A model generated the notes under the pieces. It searched no databases and was not told the DNA's origin. It saw only the letters and a program-made list of their open reading frames with translations. Positions 26,510 through 37,600 of a stretch of 64,000 nt of DNA are shown here, piece by piece. Each line of letters begins with the position of its first letter. The first letter of the stretch is position 1. Source of the stretch: Bugula neritina (taxonomy: Eukaryota; Animalia; Bryozoa). A program made the translations under genes and the position numbers. The stretch covers positions 10,468,722 to 10,532,721 of the forward strand of contig OZ037766.1 of the NCBI GenBank assembly GCA_964035545.1. Reading direction: 5' to 3'.

Positions 26510-28629
26510 CTCTATAAAACTAAATAATTTATTTTACTTTAATTTTAAGTTTACTTAGTCTTTCCTTTTCAACTTGACTTCAAGTTTTTACAATAACTTT
26601 ATGGCTTTTATTATCCGAATGAATAACAATTACAACATTATAACTAATATTAAAAAGCTTAAGTTAATTACTAAAACTAGTAATAACAGTACTAATAGTA
26701 ATACTAATAGTAATACTAATATTAATGACATAACTTTATAAGTATAAGTATTACTATGTCTATTACTAATAGTTATAGTAATACTAATTGACAGTATGTG
26801 TACGAGTATAAATATAATCGAGTAAAACTAATACTAATTGAGTAATACTAATACTAATACTAGTAATAGCAATAGTAATACTAAGAGTTATACGGTAATG
26901 GTTATACTAATAATCAAACCGAATATAAATTATAAATATTACCATTATCATTATCATTATGATTATTAGCATAAAACTAAAAATAAATTAAAATACCAAG
27001 TCCAATATCAATATGATAATCATAAAATCATAATGATTATGAATATAAAATAAAAATTAAATATTCAATATGGATCAGAATATAGTTGTGAACTACAATT
27101 CCAGATAGACGAACTCCAACTGGACGACTTTATTTAAAAATATTAACTATGATTATTGATTATCAATATAAATAATATCTAGAACCGTCACCGTGGAAGG
27201 AAGTTGAACTTAAGAACAAGAAGTGACAATTTGACTTTGAAATAGTCAAATACAGTATGAGTATGACTATGAGTATCACTGTAACTGTAAGACTATCAGT
27301 ATCACTGTAACTAACACTAGCATTAAGTTTAACAGTAACACTAACAGACTATGAGACGAGTATCAGTATGACTATGACATTGACTGTAAGACTAACTCTA
27401 CGACTAAGACAGTAAGAGTAAGAGTAATCAGTAAGTGTACGAGTGCCATCAGTATGACTATGACTATCACTTTGAGTAGGCATAGCAAATGTAATATAAA
27501 TGTTAACATTGATTCCGTCACACAATGACTATAATATGACAACTGAAAAGCAACAAATGTTAGCTTGTGGTAGTTAAACAGGTACTTAGAGTATAATTAT
27601 TTTGAAATTGGTGGGATTTCAACTATTTGGTACTTCCAGTTTGCTTGGCCACACGTGCATTCATTATGATTAAAATTAGCCACTGGCTTTTGAGATTTTG
27701 ATTCAATGATGAGTAACATTAATTTATTATTTTCAGCTTGAAATAAAATTGAAGATATCAAAAATGCTGATCTAAGGCTAATGTCATATATTAACAATAT
27801 TAAGGTCAAGGTCAGGTTTGCGTCCGAATTCTGTTACAGAGGCAGATACTACTACTAGTGATAGTTATACTTAATCTTATTGTTTTCGTATAAACATAAC
27901 TAGTACTAGTAGTATTAGTACTACTAACCAAACTAATGTAACTACTTTTTAAAAATAAAAAATGGTGTGCAGAAAGGATGTATGCGGTTTTATATGCATT
28001 TTCATTACGTACGCTGCCGTTTTTTATGCGGATTATGTGGTAACATTTCATCTAATACTAGGATCCTTAGGAGAACTGCAAAGGTAAAACTAAAAGTAAA
28101 TCTAAATCAGTAAAACTAAATGACTATGAGTAAATGGCTGGAAGTAAAGGTTAATCAACATCGAATTCAATTTGAACTTCAAAGTTTTTTAGACTTGGGG
28201 TTTCACTTGGTTGTTTTAAAGTTGTACTTTCTTTTTCTTGAATATTATCATTATGATTATGATTATGATTATCATTATGTATTACTTTTAGTTTTACTAT
28301 TACTAGTAATAGTAAATTATGTAATACTAATACTAATAATAATACTAATAGTAATACTAATAGTAACAGTATTACTATTACTATTAGTATAACTATAACT
28401 ATAAGTATTAGTAATACTAATAGTATTACAGTATTATTATCACTATTACTATTAGTATTACTATTAGTATTAATAGTATAACTATAACTATAAGTATTAT
28501 TGTTACTATTATAATTATTATTAGTATTACTATTAGTATTACCTTTAGTATTAGACTTTGCATTGGTGTTAGTATTAGTATTAGCATTAGTATTAGTATT
28601 AGCATTAGTATTAGCATTAGTATTACTAT
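26510..28629. promoter_or_regulatory. Divergent promoter region (BRIX1 / ZDHHC) covered by the same TA-periodic tract; extends into ZDHHC intron 1 and resumes at 36076-36120 after the retrotransposon
   Basis: Arrays of TACTAA, TAGTAT, ATCATT, GACTAT/GAGTAT/CAGTAT between the two divergent ATGs (26502 and 27962) and downstream of ZDHHC exon 1. Confidence 0.6.
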
Positions 28630-31600
28630 TGTGGTGGCTCGTGGAGCTACCAGCAACACAATACGCAAGGTTGCGTATTGACCCGGAACAATGTATTAGC
28701 CAATTAGCTAGGCTGTTTTATAAGTAATAGTAGCCGCTTCGCGCTACTAGCTCAGTTGAGGATAGTGCTGTAAACTAAATAGACGTGCGTATCATTACTG
28801 TTGTACATTAGATTTTATTATGTGTTCTTGTATTAAAATATAACGATATCTACTCGACTTAACTCGGTGAAGTTTCTCTAGTGATAAATAGACTCTCTTG
28901 GTGGCACATCAACCCTAAATCTGAAAACTATAACAGTGGTGGCAGCAGTGGGATAGTGTATATCAAAGATGGAGACTGAAAATACTAGAATGCAACCACC
29001 CCCAGTAGAAGGTGAGCGTAGAAATGCTGTTAATCCTGTGAATCGTGAGAGAGAAGAAGCTTATAGACATTGCTTGAAAGCTCCCACCTTTACTGGGTCG
29101 GAAGATGTCGAACAATTTATACAAGAATTTAGAGAGGTAATGGAGGTTGCTCAATGGCCGCATAGAGTGGCCCTTATTCAATTGCGGAGAGCGGTGACGG
29201 AGCAAGCCAAGCCGTACGGAGTGGGAACGGACGTAGACGGAATACTGGCTGCGCTGCGGGCCCGTTTTGGCATCTCCGTAATAGACGCTAGGACCAAGCT
29301 AGAGAGATTGTGCCGCACCCCGCGGACCTCGCTGCAAGAACATGCCGCGACGGTGAAGAAGCTGGCGCAGATTGCATATAGCGATCTGCCAGCACAACAC
29401 CAAGAGCGTTACACCTATGACGCCTTTGTCCAGTCACTAAACGACCTGGGCCTAGACCATCACCTACGAGCTAAAAGGATAACCAGAATAGAGGATGCCC
29501 TGAAGGCTGGGGAAGCTTACCTGTTGGCTACCCAAATGCATCGAGCACAAAGGAACCCACCAGTAGTTGGAGTCAACGCTGCCAGGGCTACGACAGGTCC
29601 TGAAGCCCTCCCGCTGGAAGCCGAAGTGGACCGTATGGTAGAGATGCTGGGACAACTGGTAACCATTCTGGCCGGTGCTGGCCCCGGTCAGGCCCTGCGG
29701 GTGCCCCCAACGCCTGTGGGGCAGGGCTGGAGTAGCGCTGATCAGGACCAGGGACAGAAAAGACGACCCCAATACCAGGGGGCGTTAAACTGTCACGGCC
29801 CGCGGACACTCTCCCTCCCCGCGGGCCGCAACTGAAGGAGTATGGTGGAACACGCCGTCGTCTGTCCGTACGGACACGACGGAACACTCCACCCGAGTGG
29901 CAGGTACCACGCAGGACTAGTAGGCCCGCACAACGGCCAAGTACCTTCTCCCTGCCACTCGCTAACCGGTTTCACCGGTTACCTCGGGAGGAGGAGCCCG
30001 CCACTGAAATGGAGCCAGAAGGCCCAGTGGAGAGGCCCAAACCCCGCCGGCACCAACCTCGCCGCCGGAAGCCCCGTAAACCACGGGTGAAACCCCTGCC
30101 GTCCTGTCAAACCAGGACAGCACATGCGGGGGGGGGTGAAAGTACAACCACATGGAGAGAGCTATTTCCTACCCGGAAAGGTGGCCGGCAACGCCGTCAC
30201 TTTCCTGCTCGACTCCGGTTGTACTACCAACCTTCTCAGTCGTAGAGTCTTTGAGGCACTGCCCCGCCAGGACAGGGATAGAGTACGACCGTATACGGGG
30301 GAACATGGCACCCTGGCAGACGGGTCATGTATCCCCTTTTATGGTATTATCGAGCTCCCTGGGCGTGTCCGAGATCAGGCTGTACAGGAGACCTTTATCA
30401 TAGGTCAACTGGAGGAAGATGCTATCCTCGGCATGCCCTTCTTGAAGCAACACCAGTGCCGAATAGACTTTAGTAAGTCGGTGGTGCTGATGGGCGGGCG
30501 AGAACTCGCCTGTGTGGATAAGTTTGGGCGTCCTCTGGTGGGCGGTGTTCAGGTAGTTCGAAACTGCACCGTGCCCGGACGCTCTAGAGCTACTATCCAC
30601 TGCCGAGTGAACAACAACCGGATAGCCAGGCTCGGGGTCGTTGAAGGCGCGCACGAAAGGATCCAACTCGCCAGTAGTTTAAACCGACTAACTGAGCGAG
30701 GGGAGGTCTTAGTGCAGTGTGTCAACCCCTTTACCGAGCCCATTGAGCTCCCAGCTGGGTCAATGCTGGGCCGGTTCCACTCCGTCCAGGAAGAGGACGT
30801 GGGCCCGTCGCTGGGTGACGCGACGGAGGCACCCCCTCGACACCCTATTCAGGGACGAGGGGCAGTCCCAACACATCTCCGGGAGTTATACGAAACAGCC
30901 AGTGGCGGCTGCGCGAGTAACAGAGAACGCCAAGCTATGGCTAAGTTACTACGCGACTACGGTGATGTGTCAGCAGCGGAGAGCATGACGTGGGACTGAC
31001 TGGAATTGTCAGACACGAAATACCGCTGACTGCAGGGACAGTCCCTGTCCGGCAGCCCACGCGCAGGCTGGGGCCGGAGAAAGAGAAGGAGGTTAGCCGA
31101 CAAGTACGGGATCTTCTGGACCGGGGACTGATAGAGCCCGCCCATAGTGCGTGGAGCTCGCCAGTCGTATTGGTCCGGAAGAAAGACGGCAGTTGGCGGT
31201 TCTGTGTGGACTACCGCAAACTCAATAGCGTAACCATACAGGACGCCTACCCTCTACCTCGTATTGACGAGTCATTGGACGCCCTAGCCGGCAGCAAGTA
31301 CTTCAGTACGTTAGACTTGCTAAGCGGCTATTGGCAGGTTCCTCTGAGTCCCGACGCCCAAGAGAAAGCGGCGTTTATCACACGGGACGGGTTGTGGAAG
31401 TGGAAGGTGCTGCCCTTCGGGTTAACCTCCGCCCCAGCCACCTTCCAGAGGCTGATGGAACAAGTCCTTAGCGGACTCCATTGGAAGACACTGCTGGTCT
31501 ACCTCGATGATGTCATCGTAATCTCTCCAGACTTCGAGACACATGTCAGTCGTCTGCAGGAGGTTTTCGAGAGACTCCGAGGTGCCGGTCTCAAGCTTAA

Positions 31601-34600
31601 ACCTTCCAAGTGCGCTCTATTGCAGCCGGAGGTCAAGTACCTGGGGCACGTTGTCGGTCGAAGCGGCGTGGCAACGGATCCCGAAAAGGTACGGGCGGTA
31701 GAAGACTGGGTCACCCCCCAAGACTTGACCGGACTCCGGGCTTTCTTGGGGCTGGTAGGGTATTACAGGCAATACATACCAGACTTTGCGGGCATAGCCC
31801 AGCCGTTAAACCGGCTCACCGCAAAGGGAGTGGCGTGGCAGTGGACCCCAGTCGAACAAGAAGCGTTCGACCGCCTCAAGGGCTGCCTACTAACGGCACC
31901 CATCTTGGCCTATCCAGACCCCACTCTGGAGTACATCCTCGACACGGACGCCAGTGACCAAAATGTTGGCGCTGTGCTGTCACAAGTGCAGGAAGGCCGA
32001 GAAGTAGTAGTAGCCTACTACAGCAAGTCTCTCTCACCCGCTGAACGAAATTACTGCACTACCCGCAAGGAGCTGCTGGCAGTAATCAAGTCAGTGAAGC
32101 ACTTCAGACCATACCTATACGGCAGGAAGTTCCGGCTGCGTACGGATCATGCCTCGCTGATCTGGTTGTGCAAGAGAGCAGAGCCCTCTAGTCAGGTCGC
32201 CCGGTGGCTCGAAATCCTAGCTGAATTCTCATACCGGATCGAACATCGACCGGGCAAGAGACACAGTAATGCGGATGGGTTGAGTCGCCGACCTGACGGA
32301 GGTTGCAAACAGTGTCTCAACATCGAGAGGAGGGATGGAGGTCCCCCGCGATGCGAGTTGGAGACGCTGGCTCATCACGGAGCACCATTTGACTGGGACC
32401 AAGGTCAACTCAGACAAAGAGTTGATGAGTCCCCGGAGGATGTACAAAACCTCCGCGCCAACCCTGTATTGGCCGGTAATGTTCGAGAGCTGAAGAAGCT
32501 CCAAGAAGAGCTGCCTGGAGTCGTGGCAGACATATACCGGGCCAAAAGGGAAGGGCGACGACCCAGCGAGGAACGCATACGACAGGGATGCGCCGAGTTC
32601 CGGCTATACTGTCAGCGTTGGGACTCGCTGCGGATCGGGCAGGATGGGTTGCTAACCATCTCTCTAGCTGCCAGCGGCAGACACCCGGAAAGGAAGAGGG
32701 TAGTCTGCCCCACAGCCATCCGCCGTGAGTTGATTTGGGATACTCACAAGCAGGCCCACGCAGGGGTCAAGCGAGTGATATCCAAATTACGACTCCGGTG
32801 GTATTGGCCGCAGATGGAGCGTGACGTCCGGCTCAGAGTCAAACAGTGTGAGATCTGCCAGGCCAGTAAGCATAGCTGCCCCCCTGGTGAAGCAGGACGG
32901 CGGAGGCTATATGCTGGTAGGCCCTGGCAAGTAGTCGCTGTAGACCTGGTCGGACCCATGCCCCTGACCCCCAGAGGCAATAATTGGATCCTAGTACTAA
33001 CCGACCACTTTACTAGGTGGGCGGATGCTCTGGCTATCCCAGATGCATCAGCCCCAACGGTGGCCAGGGCGCTAGACCAACATGTATTCTGTTATTTTGG
33101 GCTTCCCGAACAGATACACTCTGATCAAGGCGCTCAATTCCAGTCTCAACTGATGAGCGACCTTTGCCACCTCTGGGGAGTAAATCAGAGCAGGACCACC
33201 CCCTACCACCCTCAAGGTAACGGGGTGGTGGAGCGCAACAACCGGATGCTAGGTGATGCACTCCGGAGTCTCCTCCTTGGACGAGGTCAAGAGGAATGGG
33301 ATACGGTGTTGCCGCAAGTCATGCGTGCATACCGTAGCACCCCACACACCAGTACTGGTGAGACCCCAAACCTCTTGATGCTCGGGAGAAAGACTCGTGT
33401 CCCTGACCATCTCACCTATCACGTTCCAGAGCAAGACAACTCGGTTCACGAGTATGCCAGTGAACTAGTGGAACGGATGAAGGCCGCACACGATATACTG
33501 CGTCAACAGCAGTGGAAGGTGCGGCACGAAGATTCCGATGAACCACCTCTCTATCAAACGGGAGATAAGGTGTGGATGGTCAATTACCGTAGGCGTCGCG
33601 GACAGGCTGATAAACTGAAGCCTAAGTTCGTAGGCCCCTACGTGGTCGTCGAGGCTATGCCCAATCATACGTACAAGATTGAGCGCTCAGGACAGGTGTC
33701 TATCCAGAATGAGTCTCGCTTGAAACCGTATTGGGCTAGCCCTGACGGAGTGGGAGAAGCCCCCCGTTGTTGGAGCCCAGGAGGCAGACAACGACGCGCG
33801 GGCGACGGCGGCATGGACCTGAATACGAAGTGGTCATACCGCGGGAGGAAAACTTGGTGAGAGAGGAGCGGCAGCTTTTGTCAACAGAAGCATGTCCACC
33901 ACCGCCAAGTCTAATTCCATCACTTCCAGAAACCGAGCCGGTTCCGGAAGTGCAAACCCCCACGGAGGGAGGGGCTCCATCCGGAGAACAAGAAGAGGTG
34001 ACCGCTAACGGTGAAGTAGAGACGCCATTAGAGGCCCCTACTAACGAACCGGCAAGCGTGTCACCCCCCCTAGAAAGGGGACAGCGTACGAGGAAACCCC
34101 CACCGTATTTAAAAGACTTCGTATGTGACTGCATTAGAAGCGGCGCACATGAAAGTCTAGGGGAAAACCGTACGATAAAATGTTGGAGTTGTGAACCCCA
34201 CGCAAATATCAACTTTTGCGAGGGCGGAATAGTGGGAGGAATTAATGCGCGTAAAGCAAATAGTTCCGACCTCGTGCCTCAGAAACGATGCTCAGCCTTT
34301 TCTTATGCTGACATCGCCAAAGGCAGACGTATCTCACAACCAGCTCCAACCTTACCAAGAACGTCGAGTATGGACATTAATACCGAGTTTCCAGGTAAGC
34401 CAGTATAAGTCTTGTATTCCTATTCATGGAAACGGGCTCGATGCCAGTAAATTCTGAACTAATTCAGCAGATTGAATCAGAATTACTGGGAACCACGTTT
34501 CATGTGAATGACGATGAAGACACTGTAATGGCCGATGGTCTGTTAGACCTGGAGCTAGACACTGTTCTTGGTCAGTCCACACATGATTCATCAGTTCCTC

Positions 34601-37600
34601 GAGTGCATTCCAAAAGCTGTGACTCTCAGGCTAGCAACGGTCGACAGTCACTAGAATTATGTTGTAAAGATCCACCGCGATCTAGCAATAATTCTACTTT
34701 TGTAGACACACTCGCGCCCGTCTCTCCGGGCATGCCTTCTCTAGAGATGGCGTGGGACCCAGAGCCGGCCCCAACAACTTCTACAACCAGGCAACTGCCA
34801 CCCCAGTTGGAAGCAACCTCCAACTGGATTACCCCTGCCACAGAGAGAGAGATCAGGACCCATCAAGGAGGTGAGAGTAATCGTGAATGCAACCTCTGCC
34901 AGCAGCGATTCACGACCCACCGCAGACTAAAAGTACACTTGCCGCAGCACTACATCACCACTTTCTGCCCTTGCGGAGAATATAGCTACAATCGTGATTA
35001 CCTATTGCGGCACCAACGTACTATGCAGTGTTATCAAGGGCATGTCTATGAAGTAGACGAATCATCCTATCCTGCCTTTCTCAACGCCATCAAACCACTC
35101 ATCACTGACTCAGCTCGGCTATCTCGCCTGGAGCAAGGCTTCCCTTCCCCGCGACCCATCATCTCTGGAGCCGCAGATAAACCTACACAGTCTACGAACT
35201 CTCCACCTCACAGTCCTCTACGCATGCCGCATACCTTTCCTCGTGTCGTACTACAGAGGGTAGACACAAATGCGTATACACTCCCTCCTCCCCTTCCATC
35301 CTCAGAGCGGAAAAGACATAGACAGCCAACTTCCTCTCGCTCGTCCCCCTGGGCCCGCAACCTACGTGAAGTAGAAGCTAGGGCACACGACTTGGAGCAA
35401 GAAGTGTATAGACTGGCCCCACGGGTGCAGGCTGCATCCAGTGAACTCAAATATTTACAGGAGTCTATTAAACGCATGAAGCGTGCGGCCCGCAGTTAAC
35501 TTGAGTCTACCTACAATTCCATACTACTCTTCCCCTACCTCTCTGTGGCATTCCCTACCGTAATGGTGGCACGTACTCTACATGTAGATAGGACCTTCTC
35601 TTGCTTATTACTTAGTGTGCACGTTATATATACCTGTATATTTTTATCAGTTGTTGTTTTTTTTGTATATACTTTTATACTGTTCTCTTACCCCCCCACA
35701 ACGAAGTATACGTTTTTTTTATGTGAATTTTATTTTATCAGAAAGTGGGCTTTCTGCTGGAGGGGGCAGTGTGGTGGCTCGTGGAGCTACCAGCAACACA
35801 ATACGCAAGGTTGCGTATTGACCCGGAACAATGTATTAGCCAATTAGCTAGGCTGTTTTATAAGTAATAGTAGCCGCTTCGCGCTACTAGCTCAGTTGAG
35901 GATAGTGCTGTAAACTAAATAGACGTGCGTATCATTACTGTTGTACATTAGATTTTATTATGTGTTCTTGTATTAAAATATAACGATATCTACTCGACTT
36001 AACTCGGTGAAGTTTCTCTAGTGATAAATAGACTCTCTTGGTGGCACATCAACCCTAAATCTGAAAACTATAACACTATTAATAATTGTTACTATTAGTA
36101 TTAGTAGTAGTATTATTAGGCTTCAACCTAGAATCTAGGCACTAGGCAGGGAATTATTAAAAAATGACCTGTAGTTAAATAGCCATCACAAAAATTCATT
36201 AGCAATTGTGATAATTTAATATTTGCGTTTTATTTGCTTTATTGCTGTAAGTAGAGCTATGTATAATTGCATTTGTATTTGTTGCAATAAGCTATGGACT
36301 TATGGTCTGATTTATTATTTAGATTTCATATGTTTGTGGTTATATTGACTTTGAGAAGTAAAAGTTGAATCATTTATTTCAACCACAGTTGTAATAATTT
36401 ACAACTGTCATAAACATCACAAATTAAAGATTCTTTTTATTGCCATTATTTGATCTAATTTTATTTTTATGCATTCATATGAATGTCAGTTTGAGTATCT
36501 CTTTATATACCCTCTGGGTGTAACTATGAAAATTTACAGCTGAGTTATATTGATCACCACATATTAATCTGCCAAACAACCACAGGTTATTTCTAAAAAT
36601 TTCATAATACCAAGTATCAATTAATTTTCAATATCAATCTGTAAAATTGTCATGGTAACAATGACCCTGGTCTGTCACTTATCAGATATTTTTATCCAGT
36701 TTGTGATTCATTATGTTGAGAAATCATTCATCAATAAAAATAGCTGTGATTTTTAAAGACTTATAGTATTCTAAATTTCCACAGTTAAATCATGAAAATG
36801 TACTTTAGTAATTCACATTATTAAATAATTTTAGTTCCTAACTATTTTGTTTTATAAACTTTGATAGTTGTTATACTTTATAAAATTATTATTTTGAATA
36901 ATTAATATGCTATTTGATTTAATTTCTATTTTTTAATGTTGGTTATGTTTTTGTAGTATATGGGCACCAATAAATGTTCTAATATTTAACACGATAATTA
37001 TATTATTATCTATATCACATCTGCGAGCAGTGACTTCAGATCCTGGTATGGTTCCCTTACCAACCACAAGAATCGATTTCTCACATTTACACAATGGCCA
37101 GGGCAAGGTCTGTATAACCTAAGTTACATGTCTCTAGTCTATAATTCAAATCATGTTTAGCAAGTATAAAACCCAGGCAACCTAAAAACATAATTGTTTA
37201 GCCTTATATTATGGAATTCAGATAATGATATTTCTCTTTATATCCAATATCTATATCAAAATTTATTCTCGTATTGGTCAACCTTTACAATTAAGCTTTT
37301 ATCTTTACAGCTAGCTAATGATATTTTTAGTCAGGTCGTAAATACTGCTTTCCTATACTTTGCTGTGCTGACATTTGTAGCAGCCTAGTATGGATGGCTG
37401 GACTGTGTGTGGAAAATGTGAAACATACAGACCTCCAAGATCTCATCACTGCAGGATATGTGGAAGGTGCATACGTAAAATGGACCATCACTGTCCATGG
37501 TAAGTATTTTTATTTTTATATAATGTGGCATAAAACACAATTTTTCAACCACCATTTGATGGGATCAGTAAAAAAAATTTGTCTTTCCAAAAATAAGTAC

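Larger units (their letters stand above)
28630..36075 (+). mobile_element. Full-length Ty3/Gypsy LTR retrotransposon (7446 bp)
   Basis: 306-bp LTRs at 28630-28935 and 35770-36075 (TG...CA, no difference seen by eye); TSD CTAT at 28626-28629 and 36076-36079; PBS; PPT; gag and PR-RT-RH-IN domain order. Confidence 0.97.

Noticed and set aside
28120-28668. Hydrophobic ORFs 28120-28392 (+) and 28426-28668 (-) that look like membrane proteins
   Set aside because: Translation artefacts of the (TAN)n tract (NTA codons give Leu/Ile/Val) inside ZDHHC intron 1.
29833-30090. Stop-codon readthrough from gag into the protease, which currently share a frame
   Set aside because: Two in-frame TGA stops intervene; a -1 frameshift signal plus a 1-nt insertion in the G run explains the layout better.
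29464-35477. Many antisense and alternate-frame ORFs within the retrotransposon
   Set aside because: Expected by-products of GC-rich coding sequence; no recognisable motifs.
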